A stretch of DNA of 64,000 bases, taken from NCBI GenBank assembly GCA_022844165.1, contig JALHMH010000015.1, positions 26,263-90,262 on the forward strand, given 5' to 3'. This stretch comes from Lysobacterales bacterium (GTDB lineage Bacteria > Pseudomonadota > Gammaproteobacteria > Xanthomonadales > SZUA-5). A program made the translations under genes and the position numbers. Below, piece by piece: positions 36,982-46,321 of this stretch; position 1 is the stretch's first letter; each line of letters begins with the position of its first letter. Under the pieces are notes generated by a model. That model was not told the DNA's origin and searched no databases. It saw only the letters and a program-made list of their open reading frames with translations.

Positions 36982-37461
36982 ATGGCGATTCAAGTCGGCG
37001 ACCGTTTGCCCTCAGGCACGCTTGCTTATCTCAAAGACGGCGTGCAACACATCAGCACCGATGACTTGTTTGCCGGCAAGATGGTCGTGATGTTCGCCGT
37101 CCCCGGAGCTTTCACGCCCACTTGTTCGGCCCGGCATTTGCCCGGCTATGTCGACAAACTGGAGGAACTCAAAGCCAAGGGCGTCGATTCAATCGTATGC
37201 CTCTCGGTCAACGATGCCTTCGTGATGGATGCGTGGCGCAAGAGTCAGTCTATTCCTGACGATGTGCAAATGTTTGCGGATGGCAATGCTGTTTACGCCA
37301 AGGCGCTGGGCCTGGAGCTCGATGCCAGTAAATTTGGCATGGGTACTCGTAGCCAGCGCTTTGCGCTGGTCGCTAAAGATGGCGTTGTGACGCAAATGTT
37401 CGTTGAGGCGCCGGGCGAGTTCAAGGTGTCGAGCGCCGAGCATGTATTGAGCGCACTCTAA
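36982..37461 (+). CDS. Peroxiredoxin, Prx5/PrxD (glutathione-dependent) subfamily
   Basis: 'MFAVPGAFTPTCS' peroxidatic Cys motif. The length is 159 aa. Confidence 0.9.
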   Translation: MAIQVGDRLPSGTLAYLKDGVQHISTDDLFAGKMVVMFAVPGAFTPTCSARHLPGYVDKLEELKAKGVDSIVCLSVNDAFVMDAWRKSQSIPDDVQMFADGNAVYAKALGLELDASKFGMGTRSQRFALVAKDGVVTQMFVEAPGEFKVSSAEHVLSAL

Positions 37462-37464
37462 CCC

Positions 37465-38442
37465 ATGCACGCGGTCGCGCTGAAGCGATTTCCGGTGGGC
37501 GTGCCGTGTGCGGAAGATTTTGTCATTGTCGCAAACGATGTGCCGTCCGGCGACGCAGGTGCGCGGCTCCGTGTGCGTTACTTGTCGCTCGATCCTTACC
37601 TGCGTGGCGTCATGAGTGGTCGCCACATGGGTCACTCCATGGCGCTCGGCGATGTCGTGCCGGGTGGTGGCGTTGCGGAAGTGATCGACTCGACAACGCC
37701 AGAGTTCGTTCGAGGTGAGTTTGTACAAGGCGAGACGGGCTGGCGCGAGGAAGCCTTCTTGCCAGCGGATCGGCTGCGTAAGTTGCCGCCCGATGTCCCG
37801 CCGAGTACCGCGCTGGGAGTGCTCGGAATGCCGGGGCTGACGGCCTTTGCGGGCGTGAGGGACATTTTGCAGCCACGCGAAGGCGAGACGGTGGTGGTCT
37901 CGGCTGCGTTAGGGCCTGTCGGAAGCACTGCAGCTCAGCTGGCGCAGCGCGCTGGCGCACGCGTGGTCGGGATCGCAGGCGGTGCGAAGAAGTGTGCGAT
38001 GGCTCTTAAGTTCCTGGGTTACGATGCCTGCGTCGACTATCACCGCGACGACTTTGGTCCAGCGCTCCAGCTCGCTTGTCCGAATCGCATCGATTGTTAC
38101 TTCGACAATGTCGGCGGACGTGTGCTGGAAACAGTGCTTCAGCATCTAAACCTTCGCGCTCGAGTGGTACTGTGCGGATTGATGGATCAATACAATAAGT
38201 CGGAACGGCCACCGGGCCCGAATCTGGGTCCGGTCATTGCGGCGCGAGCAACGCTGACCGGGCTCGTGGTCTACGATCACTTCGCACGGCTTCCGGCCAT
38301 GCTGGACGAACTCGTGCCGTTGGTACGAAGTGGTCGACTCAAATACCTCGAAGACGTTGCATACGGCATTCAGGCCACGCCGGATGCATTTGCCAGGTTG
38401 ATGCGTGGCGAGAATATTGGCAAGGCCATCGTAGCGCTGTAA
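37465..38442 (+). CDS. NADP-dependent oxidoreductase, MDR superfamily (YncB/CurA/PTGR-like)
   Basis: 'GMPGLTAFAGV...GETVVVSAALGPVGSTAAQLAQRAGARVVGIAG' is a Rossmann motif of this subfamily. Confidence 0.85.
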   Translation: MHAVALKRFPVGVPCAEDFVIVANDVPSGDAGARLRVRYLSLDPYLRGVMSGRHMGHSMALGDVVPGGGVAEVIDSTTPEFVRGEFVQGETGWREEAFLPADRLRKLPPDVPPSTALGVLGMPGLTAFAGVRDILQPREGETVVVSAALGPVGSTAAQLAQRAGARVVGIAGGAKKCAMALKFLGYDACVDYHRDDFGPALQLACPNRIDCYFDNVGGRVLETVLQHLNLRARVVLCGLMDQYNKSERPPGPNLGPVIAARATLTGLVVYDHFARLPAMLDELVPLVRSGRLKYLEDVAYGIQATPDAFARLMRGENIGKAIVAL

Positions 38443-38500
38443 GCCGGGTTTGTTGGCGATGCAGACACCAGAGTCCATAACGGAGCCGGATCTGTACATT

Positions 38501-38704
38501 TGAGTCAAGTTTTCTGCGGAGCGGCTTTGGCTTTTGCGGCCCCTTGAGTCAAGGGGTGAGACTCGGCGCTGACTCGCCACAGGCGTGTGCCGAGTCGAAC
38601 GCCCGGCGGCTGCGCCGCTGGGCCGGAAACGCGAAGCGCGGGGTTGTGGCGAGTACGCTGACGAACGAAGCCAGCAATGCTCGGCGGTCTGAGGCGAAGC
38701 CTCG
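38501..38704 (+). repeat. Copy B of the roughly 205-bp dispersed repeat (copy A at 7022-7229)
   Basis: See copy A. It has the same orientation and lies in the intergenic region upstream of serC. Confidence 0.8.
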
Positions 38705-38897
38705 CCAGAACTATCCTCAGTGGGAATCGGGTGCCATGGTGGTTGGGTAGAGCAACGAAGCTCCGGCCAGCGAAGCTCTTGCACAAAAGCGACCGGGAAC
38801 GGGCAAGTACCTGTATTCGAATAAACACTCCTTTCAAGCTGGCGATGGCCCGCCTATGCTGCGGCGCGTCAAGCTGGCTTTCACAAGGAAGATTGCG

Positions 38898-39980
38898 GTG
38901 AGTCGAGCGTTCAATTTCAGCGCAGGTCCAGGCGCGTTGCCGAAACCGGTTTTGCAGCAGGCCCAGAGCGAAATGCTCGAGTGGCAGGGCGCTCGCGCCT
39001 CGGTGATGGAGATTTCCCACCGCGATAAGCTTTTTGTGCAGTTGGCCGAACGCGCCGAGGCTTCGTTGCGCGACATTTTGGGCATACCAGCCAACTACAA
39101 GGTGCTGTTCCTGCAGGGCGGAGCAACCACGCAATTTGCGCTGCTGCCGATGAACTTTGCGGCGCCCGATCAAGCCGCTGACTACGTGCTGACTGGCCAT
39201 TGGGGCGAAAAGGCGCAGAAAGAAGCCAAAGCGGTGTGCGTATCGAAGATTGCCGCCACGAGCGAGGCGAGCAACTACACCACCGTCGCGCCGGTCAGCG
39301 ACTGGAGCTTGAGCGCAAACGCAGCGTACTTGCACGTGACGCCCAATGAGACCATTCACGGTGTCGAGTACTACGATTTGCCGGCACAGAGCGCGCCGGT
39401 GATCGCGGATGTGTCGAGCACGCTGCTGTCGCGTCCGCTCGACGTCTCGCGATACGGCGTACTGTATGCCGGGGCGCAAAAAAATATCGGCCCGTCCGGT
39501 ATCACGGTGCTGATTGTTCGCGACGATCTGCTGGAGCGCAAGCCGCGCGTCGTGCCGCAGATCCTCAGCTACAAGGCGCACGCCGACAACGCCTCGATGT
39601 TGAATACGCCGCCGACCTTCGCCTGGTACATCTCCGCGCTGGTGTTCGACTGGGTCAAGGCCGAGGGCGGTTTGAGCGCCATCGGCGCGCGCAACGAGCG
39701 CAAAGCACAAACGCTGTATCAGTTGATCGACGGCTCCGGCGGCTTCTATACGAATCCCGTCGATGCGCGCTATCGCTCCTGGATGAACGTGCCGTTCGTG
39801 CTTAAAGACAGCAGTCTGGACGCCGCATTCCTGAAGGGCGCCGAAGCGAAGGGGTTGCTCGGACTCAAGGGTCACCGCGCCGTTGGTGGAATGCGCGCCA
39901 GTATCTACAACGCGGTACCCGAAGCCGGCGTGCAAGCGTTGGCTGGATACATGCGTGAATTCATGCGGGTGAATGGTTAG
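38898..39980 (+). CDS. serC: Phosphoserine aminotransferase
   Basis: 'FNFSAGPGALPKPVLQQAQ' and 'EISHRDKLF'. The GTG at 38898 follows an AAGGAAG RBS and gives the N-terminus expected from E. coli SerC. Confidence 0.93.
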   Translation: MSRAFNFSAGPGALPKPVLQQAQSEMLEWQGARASVMEISHRDKLFVQLAERAEASLRDILGIPANYKVLFLQGGATTQFALLPMNFAAPDQAADYVLTGHWGEKAQKEAKAVCVSKIAATSEASNYTTVAPVSDWSLSANAAYLHVTPNETIHGVEYYDLPAQSAPVIADVSSTLLSRPLDVSRYGVLYAGAQKNIGPSGITVLIVRDDLLERKPRVVPQILSYKAHADNASMLNTPPTFAWYISALVFDWVKAEGGLSAIGARNERKAQTLYQLIDGSGGFYTNPVDARYRSWMNVPFVLKDSSLDAAFLKGAEAKGLLGLKGHRAVGGMRASIYNAVPEAGVQALAGYMREFMRVNG

Positions 39981-40157
39981 AAACGTGGGGCGATAGGCGC
40001 TGGCACAGGCGCGGGACAGGCTCCGGTCAGCGACAGTCAAAACGCCTATATCTGCCCGATCAGCGTTTCCAGATGCGAAGCCGAGATTTCCGACACTTGC
40101 CTCGCGCCAATCGAGTTTATGTAGCGAAAAACTTCTCAAGCGAATTCAGCCTCTGCC

Positions 40158-41321
40158 ATGCTCAAGATCAAGACCTACAATAAAATTTCCACCAGCGGCA
40201 CCTCGCGTTTGCCGGCGCAGCGTTATGAGATCGGCGACAAAGTCGATGCGCCAGACGCAATTCTGGTGCGTTCGGCGGACTTGCATACCATTGCGATCAA
40301 TCCTGAGCTCAAGGCCGTCGCACGCGCCGGGGCAGGCACGAACAACGTGCCGGTGGTCGAGCTCAGCAAACGCGGCATTGTTGTGTTCAATGCACCGGGC
40401 GCCAATGCGAACGCAGTAAAGGAACTGGTTCTCGCAGGCATGCTGATGGCGGTGCGCAATCTGCGCGAAGCCACGGAATTCGTGCGTGGCCTCGATGCCA
40501 ACGATCCAGAACTTGAGCACAAGGTCGAGGACGGCAAGAAGCGCTTCGTCGGCAGCGAGGTCGTGGGCCGCACACTCGGCGTCGTTGGCCTGGGTGCAAT
40601 CGGTGTGCGCGTGGCGAACGCTGCCAAGGGCATCGGCATGAACGTGATCGGCTTCGATCCGCACATGACCGTCGATGGCGCCTGGCAGTTGTCGAGCGAT
40701 GTGGCCAAGGCCGGTAGTTTGAGCGAGATCCTGGCAGCCTCGGATTTCGTTTCGCTGCACTTGCCGCTCAATGCCGGCACCAAAGGCAGCATCAATGCGA
40801 CCACCCTGGGTGGCGCCAAACAAGGGCTTGTGCTGTTGAACTTCGCGCGCGAAGGCGTCGTCGATGAGGACGCCGTGATCGCCGCGTTGGACAGCGGGCA
40901 TCTGTCGCACTACGTGACCGATTTCCCGACGTCGCGCACGGTGGCGCACGGCAAGGTCGTGTCGTTCCCGCACTTGGGCGCATCAACCAACGAGGCTGAG
41001 GAGAACTGCGCGATCATGGTCGCCGATCAGCTGCGCGACTATTTGGAAAACGGCAACGTCAACAATTCGGTGAATTTCCCGAGCATGCGCCTGGCGCGTG
41101 CCGGTGCGCAGCGCCTGACAGTGGCCAACCGCAATGTCCCGAACATGATCGGTCAACTTTCGCACGTTCTCGGCGAGGCCGGCGCCAACATCGCGCAGAT
41201 GCTCAACGCTTCGCGCGGCGAACTGGCCTACAACATCCTCGATCTCGATCAGCCGATCGGTGCGGATGTAGTGGAAAAGGTCAAGGGTATCGATGGGATT
41301 TTGGCGGTGCGGGTGATTTGA
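40158..41321 (+). CDS. serA: D-3-phosphoglycerate dehydrogenase (with C-terminal ACT domain)
   Basis: 'GRTLGVVGLGAIGVRVA' NAD-binding motif, 'LLNFAREGVVDEDA' and 'PHLGASTNEAEEN'. It is adjacent to serC. Confidence 0.85.
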   Translation: MLKIKTYNKISTSGTSRLPAQRYEIGDKVDAPDAILVRSADLHTIAINPELKAVARAGAGTNNVPVVELSKRGIVVFNAPGANANAVKELVLAGMLMAVRNLREATEFVRGLDANDPELEHKVEDGKKRFVGSEVVGRTLGVVGLGAIGVRVANAAKGIGMNVIGFDPHMTVDGAWQLSSDVAKAGSLSEILAASDFVSLHLPLNAGTKGSINATTLGGAKQGLVLLNFAREGVVDEDAVIAALDSGHLSHYVTDFPTSRTVAHGKVVSFPHLGASTNEAEENCAIMVADQLRDYLENGNVNNSVNFPSMRLARAGAQRLTVANRNVPNMIGQLSHVLGEAGANIAQMLNASRGELAYNILDLDQPIGADVVEKVKGIDGILAVRVI

Positions 41322-41421
41322 AGCTGTTTTCGACGCAATACCATCCCGACGTGAGTTTAGATCGCTCTTGAGCAATTCCGGTTTCTGTCTGGTAGTGTGT
41401 AAGAAACGGAGATTCGTACAC

Positions 41422-41616
41422 ATGAGAACCAACATCGACATCGATGATGAACTGATGGAAGAAGCGATGCGTCGAACAGGCGCTTCTACCAAGAAGGCGG
41501 CGGTTGAGATGGGGCTGCGGATGCTCTTGCAGGTCAGTCGACAACTCGATATCCGGAAACTTCGCGGGCAGGTTCAGTGGCAAGGCGATCTTGAGAAAAT
41601 GAGGCTTGATCATTGA
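41422..41616 (+). CDS. vapB: Type II antitoxin VapB family (DUF2191/Arc-MetJ-like)
   Basis: 'MRTNIDIDDELMEEAMRRTGASTKKAAVEMGLR' is typical. It overlaps the vapC start by 4 nt. Confidence 0.78.
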   Translation: MRTNIDIDDELMEEAMRRTGASTKKAAVEMGLRMLLQVSRQLDIRKLRGQVQWQGDLEKMRLDH

Positions 41617-42008
41617 TCTTGGTCGATAGCAGTGTCTGGATCGATTACTTGCGTGGCAACGCCACGGCGCCAGTGGAGAAGCTCGAATCTCTGCTGGGGA
41701 TTGCGCCGCTCGCTGTTGGTGATCTCATTCTTGCGGAGGTCTTGCAGGGATGCGGGAGCGAGAAAGAGTTCGACAGTGTTCGAACGTTGCTGTTTGGACT
41801 GGTTGTTGTGGACTTATGTGGTGCGGAACTTGCTGTCCAAAGCGCTCGGCATTTCCGGACGCTACGGCAGCACGGCATTACAGTCCGCAAGACCATCGAT
41901 TGCATCATCGCCACGCGTTGTGTCGTCGACGACTTGGAGTTGCTTCACGATGATCGCGACTTCGATGCTTACGAAAAGCACTTAGGTTTGCGCTGCGTAG
42001 CATGTTGA
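41613..42008 (+). CDS. vapC: Type II toxin VapC (PIN domain ribonuclease)
   Basis: 'MILVDSSVWIDYLRG' (first acidic residue), later 'IDCIIA' and 'LLHDDRDFD'. Confidence 0.85.
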   Translation: MILVDSSVWIDYLRGNATAPVEKLESLLGIAPLAVGDLILAEVLQGCGSEKEFDSVRTLLFGLVVVDLCGAELAVQSARHFRTLRQHGITVRKTIDCIIATRCVVDDLELLHDDRDFDAYEKHLGLRCVAC

Positions 42009-42027
42009 ACTGAAAGCGAGGCCGACG

Positions 42028-43131
42028 GTGGCGAAAAAAACTGATCCAGACGTCAGGCTCAGCCTCCCGGACCTCCGCCAGCGCATCGACGCTGTCGATC
42101 GGCAAATCCAGGAGCTGATCGCTGAGCGCGCGGGTTACGCGCGGCAGGTAGGCGTCGCCAAAGGGCCGCTCAAAGCCGCGATCGACTACTACAAACCGGA
42201 GCGTGAGGCGCAGGTGTTGCGCGGTGTGGTCGATCGCAACCAGGGTCCGCTGTCGAACGAAGAGCTGCACCGCGTGTTTCGCGAGATCATGTCGGCGTGT
42301 CTGGCGCAGCAGAATCCGCTGAAGATCGCGTACCTCGGACCTGAGGGTACTTTCAGTCAGACCGCGGTGCAAAAGCACTTTGGGCATTCGGTGATCGCCA
42401 TACCGATGGCGAGCATCGAGGAAGTCTTCGCCGAAGTGGAATCGAGCGACGCCGATTTTGGTGTGGTGCCGGTGGAAAACTCCACCGAGGGCGCCGTGCA
42501 TCACACCTTCGATATGTTCTACACCACGCCACTGAAAATCTGCGGCGAAATCGAGCTGCGCGTGCATCAAAACCTGATGTCGCGGGCGACGGATCTGGCG
42601 CACATCGAACGCGTGTACTCGCACGCGCAGTCCTTGGCGCAGTGCAAGGGTTGGTTGCGCCGGCATCTGCCGAAGGCAGAGCGCATCCCGGTCAGCAGCA
42701 ATGCCGAAGCGGCGCGGCGCGCGCGCAATGCCGACGATGCAGCGGCGATTGCCGGCTTGGCCGCGGCGCAGGTGTATGGCCTCAAGATTCTGGCGCCGAA
42801 CATTGAGGATCGGCCAGACAACACGACGCGCTTCTTTGTGCTTGGGCGCGAGCTGTTTCCGCCCTCGGGCCACGACAAGACTTCGCTGCTGCTGGCCGTC
42901 AAGGATCAGCCCGGCGCACTGTATTCGCTGCTGACGCCGCTCGCCAAACATGGCATCAGCATGACGCGTATCGAATCGCGCCCGGCGCGCGGCGCGAAGT
43001 GGGAGTACGTATTTTTCGTCGACGTCGAGGGCCATGTCGATTCCGGCGCGCTGAAAGCAGCGCTGAACGATCTGGGTCCCGTGGCGGCGCAGTTGAAAGT
43101 GCTGGGGGCGTATCCGGCGGCGATCGTATGA
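42028..43131 (+). CDS. pheA: Bifunctional chorismate mutase / prephenate dehydratase (P-protein)
   Basis: CM 'LRQRIDAVDRQIQELIAERA', PDT 'IAYLGPEGTFSQ' and 'TRFFVLG', ACT 'ESRPAR...WEYVFFVDVEGH'. Confidence 0.93.
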   Translation: MAKKTDPDVRLSLPDLRQRIDAVDRQIQELIAERAGYARQVGVAKGPLKAAIDYYKPEREAQVLRGVVDRNQGPLSNEELHRVFREIMSACLAQQNPLKIAYLGPEGTFSQTAVQKHFGHSVIAIPMASIEEVFAEVESSDADFGVVPVENSTEGAVHHTFDMFYTTPLKICGEIELRVHQNLMSRATDLAHIERVYSHAQSLAQCKGWLRRHLPKAERIPVSSNAEAARRARNADDAAAIAGLAAAQVYGLKILAPNIEDRPDNTTRFFVLGRELFPPSGHDKTSLLLAVKDQPGALYSLLTPLAKHGISMTRIESRPARGAKWEYVFFVDVEGHVDSGALKAALNDLGPVAAQLKVLGAYPAAIV

Positions 43132-43361
43132 ATGCCGCGCATTTCACAGCGGCTATGTTCCGTGATGGTCGCTGGTGGTACGGTTGGGTTAGCGAGGTGC
43201 CGGGCGTCAATTGTCAGGAGCAGTCGAAGAAAAAGCGGATCGAATCAATGCGCTCGGTGCCGGCCCAGGCCCTTGAGTTTTGTTCGATTGACGGCCAGCT
43301 TTCCATCCTCACCCAAGCCACTCCCGTCCGAGTGGGAACAGACGTCGCTCTTAGAACATGA
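43128..43361 (+). CDS. Small HicB-like (UPF0150) protein without a HicA partner
   Basis: 'FTAAMFRDGRWWYGWVSEVPGVNCQEQSKKK...AQALEF' resembles short HicB antitoxins ('DGDWWIGWIEEVPGVNCQ') as I remember them. ATGA overlaps link it to the pheA stop and the hisC start. Confidence 0.5.
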   Translation: MNAAHFTAAMFRDGRWWYGWVSEVPGVNCQEQSKKKRIESMRSVPAQALEFCSIDGQLSILTQATPVRVGTDVALRT

Positions 43362-44482
43362 ACATCGAACAACTCGCCGCTCCCGGCGTGCGAAAACTGA
43401 CGGCCTACGACCCCGGTTACGATCCGGAGACCATTCGACAGATGCTCGGCTTGCCGTGCATGGTGGAACTGGGTTCCAACGAGAACGGCTATGGGCCGAG
43501 CCCCAGTGTTCGCGAGGCGCTCAAGTCCTGCGATTTTGCCGATTTGATTCGCTACCCAGACGCTGGCGCGCGGCGCTTGCGCGAGGCGATTGCGCAACGT
43601 TGGAACGTCGATCCCGCTGCCATCACTTTGGGCAACGGTTCGCACGAACTGCTGGTGCTGATCGCCGAGACCTTTGTCGCCCCGGGTGATGAGGTCGTGT
43701 TCAGTCAACATGGTTTCGCCGTGTTCAAGCTTGCCGCGATCGGTAGTGGCGGCACTCCTGTGGAAGTCGCGGCGCTGCCGCGCAGCGGCGAGCAGCCACT
43801 CGGTGCGGATCCGGCCGGTTTTGCGCGCGCGTTGAGTCCGAATACCAAACTCGTCTATCTGGCGAATCCCAACAACCCGACAGGCACCTGGTGGCGGCGC
43901 GAAGTGTTGGCGGATTTTCTCGCGCGTGTGCCGCACTCTGCGTTGGTTGTGATTGATGAGGCGTATCGCGAATATGTCGACGAGGATGAGGTGCCCGATG
44001 CACTCAGTTTGACCGGCCTGCATCCGCATCTGATTGTCACGCGCACGTTCTCCAAAGCGCATGGTCTGGCGTCGTTGCGCATTGGCTATGCGATCAGTTC
44101 GCCGCGTCTGGCGGCGGTGCTCGAGCGCACGCGACTGACGTTCAACGTCAATTTGTACGCGCAGCTTGCCGCCCGATTTGCCATGAACGATGTAGCCCAT
44201 GTCGAGCGCGTGCGCCATGGAAACGCTACTGAGCGGAACTGGCTTGCCCAGCAGCTGCGTGCGCTTGGGCTGTTTGTATTTCCCTCGCAAGGAAACTTTG
44301 TGTTGGTCGATTTCCAGCGCCCAGCCAAACCGATTGAAGACGCGATGCTGAAACGCGGCGTCATCCTGCGGCCGATGGGTGGTTACGGTCTGCCGACCTG
44401 TTTGCGCGTAACCGTGGGTCTGCGCGACGAGAGTCAGGCGCTGCTGTTGGCGTTGCGCGAAGTGCTGGCGGAGTGGGCATGA
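43358..44482 (+). CDS. hisC: Histidinol-phosphate / aromatic aminotransferase
   Basis: 'LGSNENGYGPSP', 'YPDAGA', 'NPNNPTG' and 'RTFSKAHGLASLRIGY' (PLP Lys). Confidence 0.9.
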   Translation: MNIEQLAAPGVRKLTAYDPGYDPETIRQMLGLPCMVELGSNENGYGPSPSVREALKSCDFADLIRYPDAGARRLREAIAQRWNVDPAAITLGNGSHELLVLIAETFVAPGDEVVFSQHGFAVFKLAAIGSGGTPVEVAALPRSGEQPLGADPAGFARALSPNTKLVYLANPNNPTGTWWRREVLADFLARVPHSALVVIDEAYREYVDEDEVPDALSLTGLHPHLIVTRTFSKAHGLASLRIGYAISSPRLAAVLERTRLTFNVNLYAQLAARFAMNDVAHVERVRHGNATERNWLAQQLRALGLFVFPSQGNFVLVDFQRPAKPIEDAMLKRGVILRPMGGYGLPTCLRVTVGLRDESQALLLALREVLAEWA

Positions 44483-45807
44483 GTGGCTCCGCATTGATCT
44501 ATAGCCTTTCGCCCAGCGACTGCGCCAGTGGTCGAATCGCAGTTCCGGGCGACAAGTCGATTTCGCATCGCGCTGTGATGTTGGGCGGAATTGCGGGCGG
44601 CGTTACGCGCGTCAGTGGTTTCCTGCCCGGCGAAGACACGTTGGCCACCGCGCAAATCCTGCGCGAGCTTGGCGTTCGCATCGAACGTCTCGATACCACG
44701 ACGCTGGAGATTCACGGTGTGGGATTGCGCGGACTTCGTGGCGCCAGCAAATCGCTCGATTGCGGCAACGCGGGAACGGCGATGCGCTTGCTCACAGGAT
44801 TGCTGGCCGGCCAGGCGTTCGCCAGCACGCTCATCGGCGATGCGTCCTTGAGCAAGCGGCCGATGCGCCGCGTGATGGATCCGCTGCGCGCGATGGGCGC
44901 CGACATCCGCGGCAGCGAACAGGGGACCGCACCATTGGCGATTGCGCCGGTGCCGGCGTTGAATGCCATTCACTACACGTGCCCGGTCGCTAGCGCGCAG
45001 ATCAAGTCGTGCGTGCTGCTCGCGGGGCTGTATGCGCAAGGCGCGACGACGGTGGTGGAACCCACTGCGACGCGCGATTACACCGAGAGCATGCTGCGCG
45101 CGTTGGGTGCCGATCTTGCTGTGGATGGACTGGCGGTGACGATTCGACCTGGAAACGAACTCAACGCGGTTCCGGTAAGCGTGCCGGGCGATTTCTCGTC
45201 CGCGGCCTTCTTCCTGGTCGCCGGATTGCTCTCGCGCAGCGGTGAGCTGGTGATCGAGAACGTCGGCTTGAATCCGCGTCGCACCGGATTGCTGCTGACG
45301 CTCAAAGACATGGGCGGCAATATCGAGATTCTCGACGAGCGCTTGCAAGCTGGCGAGCGCGTCGGCGACTTGCGCGTGCGCCCGAGTGCGCTGCGCGCTA
45401 CCGACGTACCGATGGAACGCGTGCCCGACATGATCGATGAGTTCCCGGCGTTCTGTATCGCCGCCGCTGCCGCCAGCGGCACCAGCACCGTGCGCGGCGC
45501 GCATGAGCTGCGCGTCAAGGAAAGCGATCGCATCGGCGCGATGGCTGTCGGCTTGCGGACGCTGGGCATCGAGGTCGAGGAGTTCGACGATGGTATGGCG
45601 ATCACTGGCGGCTCGATGGGCGGCGGCGAGATCGACAGCCGTGGCGATCACCGCATCGCCATGAGCTTCGCAATTGCGTCGCTCCGAGCCACCGGTAACA
45701 TCAAGATTCTGGATTGCGCGAATGTGGCGACGAGCTTTCCTGGATTTGCCGGTTTGGTTTCCAGCATTGGGATCGACCTTAAAGAACGTGGCGGTTTAGT
45801 TCGGTAG
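44479..45807 (+). CDS. aroA: 3-phosphoshikimate 1-carboxyvinyltransferase (EPSP synthase)
   Basis: 'VPGDKSISHRAVMLG', 'LDCGNAGTAMRLLTG' and 'RVKESDRI'. The ATG at 44479 overlaps the hisC stop. No fused TyrA domain is present. Confidence 0.95.
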   Translation: MSGSALIYSLSPSDCASGRIAVPGDKSISHRAVMLGGIAGGVTRVSGFLPGEDTLATAQILRELGVRIERLDTTTLEIHGVGLRGLRGASKSLDCGNAGTAMRLLTGLLAGQAFASTLIGDASLSKRPMRRVMDPLRAMGADIRGSEQGTAPLAIAPVPALNAIHYTCPVASAQIKSCVLLAGLYAQGATTVVEPTATRDYTESMLRALGADLAVDGLAVTIRPGNELNAVPVSVPGDFSSAAFFLVAGLLSRSGELVIENVGLNPRRTGLLLTLKDMGGNIEILDERLQAGERVGDLRVRPSALRATDVPMERVPDMIDEFPAFCIAAAAASGTSTVRGAHELRVKESDRIGAMAVGLRTLGIEVEEFDDGMAITGGSMGGGEIDSRGDHRIAMSFAIASLRATGNIKILDCANVATSFPGFAGLVSSIGIDLKERGGLVR

Positions 45808-46035
45808 CCAGGGGAGCTGGCCCAAGTCGTCTATTGAGTTTTCGCTATCCAGGCTGTCGGTGAACTGTTGGTAGAGAGCGTAAAGCTGCGATGCGCCCAC
45901 CGGGGTTCCGCATGCTTCACGGGGTTCAATGTCCAGCGGATCGCTATCCTGAAATGCACGCCGAAGGTTATGTGCAGCACCCGCCATGGTAAGTGCGCGC
46001 GCGATCTTTAATTGGTCGGCTGCCGACTCCGGCAA
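45796..46035 (-). CDS. Hypothetical 79-aa ORF in the AT-richer aroA-cmk spacer
   Basis: This is only an ORF, with no recognised motif. It overlaps the aroA 3' end by 12 nt on the opposite strand. Confidence 0.25.
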   Translation of the reverse strand: MPESAADQLKIARALTMAGAAHNLRRAFQDSDPLDIEPREACGTPVGASQLYALYQQFTDSLDSENSIDDLGQLPWLPN

Positions 46036-46321
46036 GATTTGGCGCCAAAACCATACGGATTGGCATCAAGCGTTGTGCGGTCGTTCCCGAATACTGTTAC
46101 ACCGGTTGTTTCGAAGTGATATGTCTCCGGTAGCTCTAAGGCGATGGCGATGCGAGCGGCAATCGCAAAGTTTGGAGCGCAGGCGAGGGAGGTGAGCCAG
46201 AATTACACTTGGTTTCACGTTGAGCCTCGAAGCGGCGTGAGCGACTCTCGGACGATAGCGCTGTTCAAACATTCGGTAAAAGACAATTAGACTGGACGCT
46301 GGTCCGCCTACGCCCGACTCT

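Noticed and set aside
38505-40139. A 544-aa ORF on the minus strand, and similar very long antisense ORFs at 8697-9818, 17419-18705, 41905-43035, 43214-44494, 44434-45651, 47434-48840, 49927-51015 and 56913-58298.
   Set aside because: Each lies exactly opposite a gene with unmistakable family motifs (serC, the propeller-like gene, the histidine kinase, pheA, hisC, aroA, rpsA, lapB, the PRMT-like gene). Their translations are Arg/Ala/His-rich low-information sequence. Long stop-free antisense frames are an expected artefact of high GC.
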